A stretch of 64,000 nucleotides of DNA. Origin: Macrostomum lignano (taxonomy: Eukaryota). Positions 23,513 through 41,705 of the stretch are shown piece by piece (within the stretch, counting starts at the first letter, position 1; every line of letters starts with the position of its first letter). A program made the translations under genes and the position numbers. Below the pieces are notes generated by a model that saw only the letters and a program-made list of their open reading frames with translations, did no database searches and had not been told where the DNA came from. Location: positions 1 through 64,000 of the forward strand of contig NIVC01003088.1 of assembly GCA_002269645.1 (NCBI GenBank), read 5' to 3'.

Positions 23513-26500
23513 TCATTCATCAGCTTCAACCTCATCTTGCCAAAGACCTGGCAGCCGAGTTGCAGGCTGCACGACCAACTTCATCGCGCCCACGTGCACA
23601 ATTTTCTTCTGACCTCGGTCTTCACCATGACGCGAAAGCTTCACTACTTCATAATTCACTGGCGAGGTCCTTCGCACCACCCGGTAAGGTCCTGACCAGG
23701 GTGCGTGGTGTTTATGTGACCATCTGGAGTCACGCTGTCTGAGCGCCAGTGGCGGCGTAAATATCCATACCAACGCATTCTCAGCAAACTTAGTTTTTTT
23801 CACTTTACGATCGTAAAATTTCTTTTGAATTCGCTGAACGGCCTTGGTGGTCTTCCTGATCGATTCGTACGCCTCAATCAACCGCTCTTTCGTGTCCTGA
23901 GCGAACGAAGCAGGTGTCAGGGCAGGCTCCGGCTCTCTATAAACTAAATCGATCGGCAACACCATTTCACGACCAGTCAGAACGAAGTGCGGCGTAAAAC
24001 CAGTCGATGCGCTAACAGAGCTTCGGTAGGCCATCAGGCAGTGCGGAATGACGTCTTCCCAGTCTTCGGGTTCAACTTTCTGAAGATAACATCTCAGCAC
24101 GCCATGGAGAGTGCGATGGAAACGCTCCACCAGGCCGTCACATTGCGGATGGAATGCTGTCGTTCGAGTTTTCTGAATTTCGAAGACCTTACACAGGTTT
24201 CTAACGATCTTGCCGTCAATGTTCTGCCCTCGATCCGAATGTAAAACGTGCGGCGCACCATACCGACTGATCCAGTGCGTAAACAGTGCGTTCGCAATCG
24301 TTGTAGCCTTCTCATCGGGTAATGGTACGAGTTCGACCCATTTACTAAAATAATCGATGATTGTCAATAATCGGTCGTTGCCGTGACGGGACGTGGCAAT
24401 TTTAACGACATCGATGGCCACTCTCTGCATCGGAAATCCTGATGACATTGGCCGGAGTGGGGCTTTGGCAGCTGACGTTGGCTTCGCCCGCTGGCACTGA
24501 ATACACTCCCTTACACACAGGTTCACATCATCCATCATCTTCGGCCAGTAGAAGCGCTGCTTTATTGCTTCTGCCGTCTTAGCTACACCAAAATGACCTT
24601 GGGCATGAATTTCCTCGATCACCTCACGTCGTCTTTTAAACGGCAAAACTAGAACTGGTTTTGTTTTAACTAATCGATGCATAATACCATTCACGAAGCA
24701 CAAATCATCAACCTTACTCATCAAAACAAGACTTTCTGGTGACATTTTGGCCTTTTCGTCTTCCATTAGAACAGTCTCACCTCTCGCTAGCTTTCGAAAT
24801 ACTGGACCAATACCACCATCCTTTAACTGTAATGCTCTCATCGATTCTCCATCTTCCTCCGTCTCAGCTTCACTACCATCACCTTCGGTGTCGGACTCTT
24901 CACCATCAGATGCGCGTGCCTCAAGCTGCTGTTTCCTTCTAGTCGCACCTACTGCATTACACTCTACCTGCTCTGTACCTACGCTATCCGTCTGACATTC
25001 TGCATCTGCCCTGCCTGGCGTCTCCGGACGACACGCTTCACAAAATCTTGGACAACGCGAAAGTGCATCTGCATTGGCATGCGTTCTACCTGGACGATGG
25101 ACCACTTCAAGATCAAACTCTTGCAACGCTTCCAGCCACCTTGCTAGCTGACCGGTTGGCTCTTTAAAGCCTAGCAGGTGAGTTAAGGCAGCGTGGTCAA
25201 CTCTAACTTGGAATTTATGACCTGCAAGATATGACCTAAACTTTTTGCAAGATTCTACAACTGCTAGCAGCTCTCTTCTAGTGACACAGTAATTTCTCTC
25301 TGCTGCATTTAAAGCGCGGCTGCTATAAGCAATTACTTTCTCTTGTCCTCTTTGCACCTGAGACAGGACACAGCCTATGCCAAAACCACTAGCATCTGTA
25401 TCTAATATAAACTGGCTGCTACCACTTGCAGTTTCAGGTAGAGCTAAGACTGGTGCCGAGGTTAGGCATTGCTTTAAAGTATTAAAACTCAGTTCCTGCT
25501 CACCAGACCAAGCAAACTGCTGGTTTTTTAGAGTGATTCGGCGCAACGGTTCGGCTATGGAGGAAAAATCTTTAATAAACCTTCGGTAATAAGATGCAAG
25601 GCCCAAGAAGCTCTGTACATCTTTCACTGTCTGTGGTCGAGGCCACTCACGAACTGCATGAATTTTCTCCTCATCAACAGAGATACCTTCTGGAGTAATT
25701 TTATGACCTAGGATCTTTATTGACTTAGAAGCGAATACGCATTTACTTGGCTTTAATCTAAGATTAGCTTCTTTTAGACGATGGAGGACTTTAGCAAGGT
25801 GGTTATTGTGCTCTTCTAATGACCTTCCCATGACTACAATGTCGTCTATATAGACTAGACATGCTTCCCACTTCAACCCTCGCAGCACCATATCCATCAG
25901 TCGTTGAAAGGTTGCTGGGGCATTTTTCAAACCAAATGGCATGACACGAAACTGATAAAGACCGTGATGGCACAGGAATGCGGTCTTTTCACTGTCCTCT
26001 TGATCAAGTTCTACCTGCCAATAACCTGACTGCATGTCCATAACAGAAAAATAAACATTACTAGCTAGAGCATCTAAGGTATCATCAATTCTTGGCAATG
26101 GATAGGCGTCTGCCTTGGTAACAGCATTAAGCTTCCTATAATCTACACAGAATCTAAAAGTTCCATCTTTCTTCCGCACTAAGACTACAGCTGCTGCCCA
26201 TGGAGATGCTGATGGAACGATCACATTGTCTTGCAACATGCTATCTATAATCTTCTTCTGCTCATTAATCGTCGGCAAATTCGTGCGTCTTAATGTCTCT
26301 TTGACAGGCAATGCACCTCCGGTATCTATCTTGTGCTTTAGCAAATCTGTTCTACCTAAGTTACCATCTGAAGCAAAGACACATTCGAACTCTTTTAAAA
26401 CTCTTCCTACTTCCTCAGTCTCATCTGCTGACAAATCCTTCGAAATGTTAAACTTGACCTCACTTCCTCCTTGGGTACTTTCACTCTTTAATGAACTCTC

Positions 26501-27409
26501 TTTTTCACCAGCGCTGCTTGCTGCACCCTGCCTAGAATCTAAACTTTCTCCTACAATGCATACCTGACCTTTCTGATCGAATGGAGTAAACTTTCCAATA
26601 CTACTTCCTGCTCGTAGTATAAGTTCTCTATCTACGTTTACATTAACCACTTTGGTTTGCATTCCTTCCTCTCTAAGTAAATCGATACCTCTAGCTACTA
26701 ATAGACCTGGAACACGATGATTTGGCTCTATTAAACCTGGTGCCAAGGATGCACCTGATTCTTTAGGCTTCAGCGATAATTGAACACTTTGACCTGGAGG
26801 AATCGATATGGTCTCTGCGACAGCAAGAAGTTGGAACTTAGGAATTTCTAAAGTTTTTCTGATTGGAATTGATTTGTTTAGGTTATTAAAAGTAATTATG
26901 CCTTGTGCTGGATGTACAGACACGTTAAATTGCTGCATAAAGTCTAAGCCTATAACCACATTCTGTTGGACATTGCTGCAGACAAATACCTCCTGCACGA
27001 AACTAAGCTGACCAAACGAGAAAGTGACTAGTTTCTTTCCTAAGACCTTTAGATTGTTTCCATTGGCTACTGTAAGCTGAACATCTGTTTTAGTGAGATT
27101 TGATCTAGGCTGATTAATAATGCTGCTTGAAACTATGGTAACACTTGAACCTGTATCTACAAGACAAGAAACTTTCTTAGAAAAGACGCTAGCTGACACA
27201 TACATGCCTTTGTCAAAATCTAAACTAAGGTTAATTCTCTCTACCCTACTAGTAAAGTGTTCTAAATTACATTCTTCGACTTCCTCAATTACATTTTTCA
27301 GAGCTGTGGGGCCATATGAGGTCCTGGCGGGAATCTGCCCCTTGATCCAGCCATGTTGCCGTTTGGGCAGTTCCGCTTCAGGTGTCTTGGCTGTCTGCAC
27401 TTGAAGCAA
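23513..27409 (-). CDS. pol: Gypsy Pol: aspartic protease, RT, RNase H, integrase with GPY/F motif
   Basis: Motifs LVDTGSS, FCVDYRKLN, YPLPRIDD, YIDDI, TDAS, H-x-GxxKT...C-x2-C, DYFSKW, HSDRG and WSGPY. Probably expressed by -1 frameshift from gag. Confidence 0.95.
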   Translation of the reverse strand: MLQVQTAKTPEAELPKRQHGWIKGQIPARTSYGPTALKNVIEEVEECNLEHFTSRVERINLSLDFDKGMYVSASVFSKKVSCLVDTGSSVTIVSSSIINQPRSNLTKTDVQLTVANGNNLKVLGKKLVTFSFGQLSFVQEVFVCSNVQQNVVIGLDFMQQFNVSVHPAQGIITFNNLNKSIPIRKTLEIPKFQLLAVAETISIPPGQSVQLSLKPKESGASLAPGLIEPNHRVPGLLVARGIDLLREEGMQTKVVNVNVDRELILRAGSSIGKFTPFDQKGQVCIVGESLDSRQGAASSAGEKESSLKSESTQGGSEVKFNISKDLSADETEEVGRVLKEFECVFASDGNLGRTDLLKHKIDTGGALPVKETLRRTNLPTINEQKKIIDSMLQDNVIVPSASPWAAAVVLVRKKDGTFRFCVDYRKLNAVTKADAYPLPRIDDTLDALASNVYFSVMDMQSGYWQVELDQEDSEKTAFLCHHGLYQFRVMPFGLKNAPATFQRLMDMVLRGLKWEACLVYIDDIVVMGRSLEEHNNHLAKVLHRLKEANLRLKPSKCVFASKSIKILGHKITPEGISVDEEKIHAVREWPRPQTVKDVQSFLGLASYYRRFIKDFSSIAEPLRRITLKNQQFAWSGEQELSFNTLKQCLTSAPVLALPETASGSSQFILDTDASGFGIGCVLSQVQRGQEKVIAYSSRALNAAERNYCVTRRELLAVVESCKKFRSYLAGHKFQVRVDHAALTHLLGFKEPTGQLARWLEALQEFDLEVVHRPGRTHANADALSRCPRFCEACRPETPGRADAECQTDSVGTEQVECNAVGATRRKQQLEARASDGEESDTEGDGSEAETEEDGESMRALQLKDGGIGPVFRKLARGETVLMEDEKAKMSPESLVLMSKVDDLCFVNGIMHRLVKTKPVLVLPFKRRREVIEEIHAQGHFGVAKTAEAIKQRFYWPKMMDDVNLCVRECIQCQRAKPTSAAKAPLRPMSSGFPMQRVAIDVVKIATSRHGNDRLLTIIDYFSKWVELVPLPDEKATTIANALFTHWISRYGAPHVLHSDRGQNIDGKIVRNLCKVFEIQKTRTTAFHPQCDGLVERFHRTLHGVLRCYLQKVEPEDWEDVIPHCLMAYRSSVSASTGFTPHFVLTGREMVLPIDLVYREPEPALTPASFAQDTKERLIEAYESIRKTTKAVQRIQKKFYDRKVKKTKFAENALVWIFTPPLALRQRDSRWSHKHHAPWSGPYRVVRRTSPVNYEVVKLSRHGEDRGQKKIVHVGAMKLVVQPATRLPGLWQDEVEADE

Positions 27410-28734
27410 ACTCTGCCAGATTGGCCTGTTGGAAAGTTTGACTGCTGTCCCTGGTGAATGTTTGGACTCTGGACTGTCATCAGATTTGGCACAGGTGCAC
27501 CACTATTTGGAGGAAACCTTTGAGGTCCAGTATGCCTCTGGGTTGGATTTACCTTGGATTTCTGGATAGGTTCAGGTGCCTTCTGGCCAACTGTTTGGCA
27601 GTACTGGGTCTGGTTACTAGCCATCAGGTTTGACTTGGACTTGGCATTGGCCTGACCTAGAGGACCCTGGCTTTGAACTAGTCTTCTTGTCTCTCTAAGT
27701 TGTTGGGCAATTCTAAGAGCTTGTTCTGGGGATGAAACCTCCAGCATGTTGGATAAATGCTCTGTAACCTTAGGGTCATTGACACCTAGGATGAACTGGT
27801 CAAGAATCTGGTCCTGAATAATCTGACTAAATCCATCCTCAGGATAGGCTTTGGTTGCCAAATTCTGCAAACTAGTCAAGAATTGCTCAAAAGTTTCATT
27901 GTCTTGACGTGTTCGAGTACGCAACTCTCGGCGTAATGTAGTCAAGTTCTTTTGGCTACCATGACGGCTAGACAAGAATTGCAAAAGTGACAAATAAGTT
28001 GCAGCTGGTAGTTGGTCAAGAGGAGTACCAGAAGGCTTGTTGTGCATTGCACATTGATTGGCTAACCAAGCTTGATAGGTTAGGAAAGCAGGTCCTAAAA
28101 ATGCAGCCATAGTCCTGATTCTTACTATGTCTGGCTGATTTGGGAAGTTGCTAATGTAATTGTCTACTCTAGCTACAAAGGTACTAAATTCCTCTTTGCC
28201 ATCAAACATAGATGGTTTCGGAATAGATGGCATTGGCAATTGGGACTGAAACTGTTGCTGATTATTAGGATTTAGGCTAAGTGGAGCCCACTCTAAGTCA
28301 GATTGGAGAAGTCTACTACTTCTTGGATAAATTAGAAGTCTAGGTCTAGCTTGTTCAGATTGCTCTGCTTGAGCTGCAGCATTTGTTAGAGCTTGAGGCA
28401 AATCTACATGGTTACCAACTAGGTCTGTATCACTCTCTTCAACTCTCTCGCCACTTGAATGATTGAGATTACCATCATTTTGAACTTGGTTAGTAGGCAA
28501 ATGATGTGCTACAAGCATATCAATAGATTCTAATTGTGAAGGAACAACGTTCTCGGAACTATTGCCATTCTGATTTTGTGACCTTTGACTTTGCCATGCA
28601 GCACTAGCATCTCCAACATCATCTGAGTTGGCATTGAGTAGAGGTTGATGCAATCCATTACTAGGCACGGCTTGGTCAATGAGTGACTCATTTCGGTTAA
28701 TGGTTCGGCTTCTTAGTTCTAGAGTATCCATCAC
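27298..28734 (-). CDS. gag: Gypsy Gag with CCHC zinc knuckle
   Basis: 478 aa ORF with PSMFDGKE, a capsid-like region (RTRQDNETFEQFLTSL...QFILG) and CFKCRQPRHLKRNC. Confidence 0.92.
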   Translation of the reverse strand: MMDTLELRSRTINRNESLIDQAVPSNGLHQPLLNANSDDVGDASAAWQSQRSQNQNGNSSENVVPSQLESIDMLVAHHLPTNQVQNDGNLNHSSGERVEESDTDLVGNHVDLPQALTNAAAQAEQSEQARPRLLIYPRSSRLLQSDLEWAPLSLNPNNQQQFQSQLPMPSIPKPSMFDGKEEFSTFVARVDNYISNFPNQPDIVRIRTMAAFLGPAFLTYQAWLANQCAMHNKPSGTPLDQLPAATYLSLLQFLSSRHGSQKNLTTLRRELRTRTRQDNETFEQFLTSLQNLATKAYPEDGFSQIIQDQILDQFILGVNDPKVTEHLSNMLEVSSPEQALRIAQQLRETRRLVQSQGPLGQANAKSKSNLMASNQTQYCQTVGQKAPEPIQKSKVNPTQRHTGPQRFPPNSGAPVPNLMTVQSPNIHQGQQSNFPTGQSGRVCFKCRQPRHLKRNCPNGNMAGSRGRFPPGPHMAPQL

Positions 28735-29078
28735 TGGACAAATGCAAGTAACAAATAAATATGTGAAAGTTTATTGTATTTTAATTGTGTATAGTAATAA
28801 TCTAAATTAGTATGACAAATTTTAAATAATAAATAATCTAACAATAGAATCTGAAAATTCTAACTGACACAAAGCATATAACAAAATAGATCAAATCAGC
28901 AAGTAATATTGGTCATTGGCATTTCCATTAGTATTAGGCCACTATATAAAAATCAAATTCACAATAGGTAAGATATTTAAATGCAACAAATATTGGTCAT
29001 TAAATAAATATTATATCAATCAATCAATAATATTATAGTGTCACAGAAGTTCCAGCAGAGTCAAATATGTGAATTCTG

Positions 29079-29096
29079 GTCCTGGCGTGGTCGCCA
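29079..29096 (-). promoter_or_regulatory. Primer binding site TGGCGACCACGCCAGGAC, probably for tRNA-Arg
   Basis: Begins with TGG one nt inside the 5' LTR. Its complement ends CGTGGTCGCCA like metazoan tRNA-Arg 3' ends; the tRNA assignment is from recall. Confidence 0.8.
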
Positions 29097-29097
29097 A

Positions 29098-29666
29098 TGT
29101 AAAGAAAGTTGTTTCGTTGGGTCTATTTTGAATTTTTCCTAATTGACTGGGCTCGCGTGCGCATATTGCTATATTAGGATATAGAGTTAGAAATTAGGTG
29201 GTCGCCAATTATTTTTCCCAAAAAATAATAAAAGTCAATAACAAATATTGGCTATAGCAATTGAGTAATTTGAGTTAAGTAGTTCAACAATTAATTAATA
29301 CCCTGAGCGAGCACTGGGACAACTGACTGTAACTGTGGTGTGGACCGTGTGGTGGCTACTCACTGGGAGATAGTTGGAATGTAAATAATGACAAAGACCT
29401 AATGAAGTGTAATTGGAAGAACCTAAGGCTGAGACTCTAATACTGAAACTACGGTGCAAATGAAAGCTGTTATCTCAAGGATGCTAAGCTACGCTAACTC
29501 ACGACCCAGCAGTCCAAATCCAAGTTGCCCGTCAACCATCCCAGCGCGACGCTCTTTCTAATTTAAATATATTTCGTATAAATTAAAGATTAACAAAATA
29601 ACGTACGAATTATACTACTACAATTGCAATAATCAATATTTAAAATCGACTTATAATTTCATTACA
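29098..29666 (-). repeat. 5' LTR (569 bp)
   Basis: See the 3' LTR entry. Confidence 0.95.
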
Positions 29667-32215
29667 AGTTAATGCCAATTATTAAAAAGTAGTGGTAAAT
29701 CCTTTGGGTTGGGTGGTATTTTAGGTTGGCATAATTTTGTTTTGGTTTTTTGATTTTTTAGTATTCGGAAGCACATTTGGAAATTTGGAAAATAAAATTG
29801 CTGAATCCGAAACATTCAGATTTCTAAAAAAAGTGAGACTTTTTCAGATTTGAATTTTGAATCCGAATATTTGGATCCATCACTAGTTTTATGTATAAAT
29901 GACATTTTAGGATTGCAGTTGTATATTACATATATACCCAATTCTGCATTTTGACAATTAATTTTTTCCATTTGCACATTAAAATTTAAAACATCTAGCA
30001 TGCATTGCCATGCCCTGTACCACCACTGTGCCAGCACCATATGCCACACCACCACTAGGCCTAGCCTCAACATACATGATATATGCCCAACACCCATCCA
30101 AACTAGACAGGTGAAATGGCCGCCAGCCAAGGTAAGTCGCAAAATCAAAAACGCGGAAAACAAAAAAAAAGGAAAGAAAAGAAAGGAGGGAGAATAGAGA
30201 AAGGCCGAGAGGGGAAAGAGGAGAGAGAAAGAGAAAGAGAAGAAAAGAGAAAAAGGCAAGAAAAGTCATATACAAAGTTAAAATTAAGTCACAATTTGGA
30301 GAACTAAGTTGCAATTGACAGGAACTAAGTTGCAAATCTGGAAAAAACTAGGTTGCACTGGAATACTGGATAGGTGAAATTTTTAGGGTTGGGCATATAT
30401 GAGCCTCAATCTAGGTTGGAATCTTTGCATGGTATAGGCCCTATTGGAAGAAAAAGTTATATTCAAATTTTTTGGGCAATTTTTTTTACCCTTAACTGTA
30501 GGCTATAAGTTACTTGGCACTTAAATTATTTAAATAACTTTTTTAGGATATTCCTAACAAAGTTTAAATAAATACCTTAAATAGTTTTATGATTCTCTTT
30601 TATTGTCAATGGAATACTCAGTGGCTTTGCTTTTAAATGCAAAAACTTTGTTTTACTATGAAAAGTACAATATTCAACATTTTTAAATAAAATAGGCAAG
30701 TTTTTGAACAAATAAAAGTATGCACACAAACCTTTTAAAATTATGCAACTTTGCCAGAAATATATATGCAAGTGTGCAAGTTTTTATCAGCACTTATAGA
30801 ATGCATTTAGGATTTTGTAAAAAATAGACAGCACGATTTTTTTATCATAAATAGGTGCTAACATTGCTATATGAAATAACTATTTAATAGAATTTTTCAA
30901 CCAAGAGTTATATTTTTTATAAGGGTATATATAGAGATATATAAGAGTTAAAACTGTTGATGATATTTTTTTAATTCATTAAAGATACCTTAATTTTCTT
31001 TCTTGTAAAACTGTATATAATTCATGAGTTATTAATTTTTTTCTAAGGCCTATATATTATTAATGTATAGTCCAGTTGTTAAGTTTAAAGTTAGATATCA
31101 AAATTGTTTTTATAATCTAGGTTTTTTGTATGATAAAAATGTTATATCATCCTGACTTTCCAAATTTCCTCTTAAAATTTGACATTGGATGCAATATTAT
31201 ACCTTGATTTTTTGCTTTTATAAGAGAAAAATTTTCTTTCTGGTTTAAAAAAGCACATCTTAAAACTAAACCCTGAATACAATTTGCATACTTAATAAAG
31301 TTAGAAAACATTTATATTAATAAAATGGTATATTGTTTTTCAATTAGTTACACACTAAAAAGGATCTAGATCACTTTAATCAATCAGATTAGTTTTCATT
31401 TTTTAAATAATTAACAAGGTTATTAGGAGTTGTTTTTTGCAGTCAGAGTAGCAGCTTCTAGAAACAAAAAAGCCTATCTTAGGCCCAATTTTCCAATCTA
31501 ATTGCTAGTTGATACTTTGAGCTCTAATGTTTAAAGCTAAACTTGTGGAAGTCCATGGTAACTCAAGGATACAAATTGTTCTAAGTGGTATTGGAAATTG
31601 AACTCTTGACTTTCAGTTTGTGAGGCCAAGGCTTTAAGCACTAGACTACATAAGTATGGTAGTTTTGCAGGAGCGCATAATTCATTTTACAAGCATGCAG
31701 CCACACTGAATTTACACTCTAGACTGACTCATCACAGTACAGAGTACTGTTGAAATTAAAGTAAAAATTGTGACAGAAAATTGCCATGGAAAATTAAAGT
31801 TCATACATTGATTACTGATGCCAAAATATCAGATTGCTAATGGCAATTTGAGGGGCTAATTTTTATTTAGTTCCATCTTAGCGATACATGCGCAATACCT
31901 GGCCGATCTGGCCGGCTAGCGAGGGGCCCTGCCGAGGTAAGTCGCTAAAATGCCCACCCGAAAAATACAAACGTGGTACTAATTAGATGCTGAGGCATTT
32001 AGCCTAAAAATACAGTTATAGTTGCTCCCGCCGTTTACCCAAAAAGTTAATTTTTGCTTCGGTTTCTTTCATAGGTAAGTCGCACGGCCAGTGTAAATCA
32101 GGAGGGTTGCGCATGTATGATCTTAACTATGGCTTATAGGATTGCCTATGATAGTGTACACCTATGCAATTTACATTATTTCTTCCTGCCAATCAAATCC
32201 CGACCCCATCATTGA

Positions 32216-38535
<6,320 letters not shown>

Positions 38536-38639
38536 GTCTCTCATTCTCAGTCTCATTCTAAGCCTAAGTCTTCTATCCTATCTAGCAACTAATCTAACTG
38601 TTTTTATTCCTCCCAAGAACTTCATCCCAAAACTAACAA

Positions 38640-39200
38640 TCCCAAGTTTTAAACTAAAAATCCCAAATTTCAAAACTATAAATCCCAAATCCTAAAAATT
38701 AATCTAATCTTAAAACGTTAAATCCCAAATCCTAAAAATTAATCTAATCTTAAAACGTTAAATCCCTAATCCTAAAACAAAGAATCCCTAATCCTAAAAA
38801 TACGTGAAATCCTAAACCTTACAATCCCAAATCCCAAAACAAAAAATACCTAATCCTGAAACTAAAAATTTTCAATCGTAACTAAAAATCCCAAATCCTA
38901 ACTAAAAATCCCAAATCCTAAAACTAAAAATCCCAAATCCTAAAACTAAAAATCCCTAATCCTAAAACTAAAAATCCCTAATCCTAAAACTAAAAATCCC
39001 TAATCCTAACTAAAAATCCCAAATCCTAAAACTAAAAATCCCTAATCCTAAAACTAAAAAATCCCTAATCCTAACTAAAAATCCCTAATCCTAAAACTAA
39101 AAAATCCCTAATCCTAACTAAAAATCCCAAATCCTAAAACTAAAAATCCCTAATCCTAAAACTAAAAATCCCTAATCCTTATCTAAAAATCTCAAATCCC
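38640..39200. repeat. About 22-bp minisatellite AAAAATCCCTAATCCTAAAACT
   Basis: Visible tandem units. Confidence 0.9.
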
Positions 39201-39814
39201 AGTCCTAAAACAATAAAAATATACGTTCAAAACATCCAATTTATCACACTACTCTAAATCTCAGCTAAAAATCTAAATATCTAAACTCCACAAACGTCAC
39301 GATAGCAGTTAAAAATTCATTCCATTCATAATTTTTTCTTTGTCTCTGTTTCTATGTCAAATACCAAAATAGTTTCAATTTTATCTTCGCGATGTAAAGA
39401 AAGATTTTGAGGTCATGATGCGGAATCTTCGAGATTGTCGGATATAGGCCAAAGGTCAAGCCAATGTTAAAGTCGACTTCAAAGGTCAAATCAAGGTCAA
39501 GATCAGTGGCATCTGTTTTTCCACGTGTATAGGTAAACTCAATGATTGAGTAGAACGCATTTCTACTTGCTTTTAACCTTTAAAGCATAAACATTTGTTG
39601 TGTTTAACTGTTGTGTTGTTACTAAAGTCAGTAGCTTATGGTGGTTTCGGTCAGTTTCTTTTATTTTAATCCTATTTTTGGTTTTTTATTCTATCTCATA
39701 AGTAATAGGTAAGAAAGAAGAATTGCGGTGGTTGTTTTTTTGAATTTTTTGTTGTTTTTAAATTCTATAATTTCCTCTGGATGTATTTCGTCATTGCACA
39801 AGCCTTGAAAATTA

Positions 39815-40330
39815 TAGTCTATGACCAGACTCTCCTCTATGACCACTCTCCCCTATGACCAGACTTTCAACTATAACCAGACTCTTCCCTATGACCAGAC
39901 TCTTATCATCTATGAGCAGACTCTCACCTATGAGCAGACTCTCACCTATGACCAGACTCTCACCTATGACCAGACTCTTCCCTATGACCATTCCCTATGA
40001 CCAGACTCTCACCTATGACCAGACTCTTATCATCTATGAGCAGACCCTCACCTATGACCACTCTCCCCTATGACCAGACTCTCCCCTATGACCAGACACT
40101 CTCCTATGACCAGACTCTCCTCTATGATCAGACTCTCCTCTATGATCAGACTCTCCTCTATGACCAGAATCTCCCCTATGACCAGACTCTCCTCTATGAC
40201 CAGACTCTCCTCTATGACCACTCTCCCCTATGACCAGACCCTCCCCTATGACCAGACTCTTTCCTACGACCAGACTCTCCCCTATGACCAGACTCTCAGA
40301 CTCTCACCTATGACCAGACTTCCCTATAGA
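39815..40330. repeat. 18-bp minisatellite CTATGACCAGACTCTC(C/A)C
   Basis: Visible tandem units; explains ORFs at 39855-40369. Confidence 0.92.
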
Positions 40331-40612
40331 GGCGATAAGTCTATGACCAGGCACCACCCAGCTAGATGATGCATATGACCAAACTACCCCAGAAATAATA
40401 GACATGTTCTTGATAGATAAGCATGCCCAAGAGCTAATCAAAAGTGCACTCAAAGGATCATTTTTTCATGTATTGCACATTTGTTCTGTTGCTTTTAATT
40501 TATGTTGTTTGTTTTCAAATTTCCCATGAACACTAGTTTAAAAAGCGCTAGGTCAACCATCGAAATTAAGAAGTTTCCCTCCCACCTATTTGCCCGCCTG
40601 GCTTTCTTTTAG

Positions 40613-40987
40613 AAGCAGCAACCAATTCGTCCTGCTCGAGACGTACCCGATGCTGTTGTCGCCTCGCTGCAGTCTAAAGTGACCGAACTGACAGCCTGTA
40701 TGACCGAATTACGTCATAGCATGGCGTCATTGACAACCGAGAATGAAGATATTCGGCGAAGGATCGATCAACTAGAAAGAGATCTGGCTATCAGGCTGAA
40801 AGGGCAGCAGCAGCAGCAGCAACAACAGAGGCAAGCTGCGCCTCTGGCTTCCGCCGATATTGAAGACGAAGACGAGGACATTGAAAATGCCGACGGCGAC
40901 CAAGGACATCGGATTGTATTCTCGGACGGGCGTAGTGGTAGCGACAGCACTACAGATGATGACGACTTCGAATTGGCGCAAGGTTGA
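40613..40987 (+). CDS. Coiled-coil plus acidic terminal exon, probably an alternative last exon of coronin
   Basis: Acceptor CTTTCTTTTAG at 40612 in phase 0. Open frame KQQPIRPARDVPDAVVASLQSKVTELTACMTELRHSMASLTTENEDIRRRIDQLERDL...ELAQG*. It has no ATG or first exon of its own. Confidence 0.65.
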   Translation, partial: KQQPIRPARDVPDAVVASLQSKVTELTACMTELRHSMASLTTENEDIRRRIDQLERDLAIRLKGQQQQQQQQRQAAPLASADIEDEDEDIENADGDQGHRIVFSDGRSGSDSTTDDDDFELAQG

Positions 40988-41104
40988 ACTGGCTGTGGCC
41001 TTGATTTTGGCTTGAACTTGGGCTATCCTCTGCTGTAGTCGGAGTTTCTGATGATTTATTAGACAGGCAAATATTTATTATCACTTTTACACGGTCCTAC
41101 AAAC

Positions 41105-41705
41105 CCCAGTCTGCCCCCAATGTACACACTTCCCTAACCTACCCCAATGTACACATTCTTACCCCCAAACCCACCCGAATGTACACACTCTTACCCAAAC
41201 CCACCCCAATGTACACACTCTTCCCCAAACCCACCCCAATGTACACACTCTCTTACCCCCAAACCCACCCGAATGTACACACTCTTACCCAAACCCACCC
41301 CAATGTACACACTCTTCCCCAAACCCACCCCAATGTACACACTCTCTTACCCCCAAACCCACCCGAATGTACACACTCTTACCCAAACCCACCCCAATGT
41401 ACACACTCTTCCCCAAACCCACCCCAATGTACACACTCTCTTACCCCCAAAGCCACCCCAATGTACACACTCTCTTCCCCAAACCCACCCCAATGTACAC
41501 ACTCTCTTACCCCCAAACCCACCCCAATGTAACCCACCCCAATGTACACACTCTCTTACCCCCAAACCCACCCCAATGTACACACTCTCTTCCCCAAACC
41601 CACCCCAATGTACACACTCTCTTCCCCAAACCCACTCCAATCAATGTACACACCCACTTGCCCCCAAACCCACCCCAATGTACACACACGCTTAACCCCC
41701 AAACC
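41105..41705. repeat. 31-34 bp minisatellite CCCAAACCCACCCCAATGTACACACTCTCTT
   Basis: Visible tandem units. Confidence 0.92.

Larger units (their letters stand above)
21877..29666 (-). mobile_element. Full-length intact Ty3/Gypsy LTR retrotransposon
   Basis: TG...CA LTRs at 21877-22443 and 29098-29666. 4-bp TSD AGTT at 21873-21876 and 29667-29670. PBS at 29096-29079 and PPT next to 22444. Uninterrupted gag and pol with PR-RT-RH-IN order. Confidence 0.97.
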
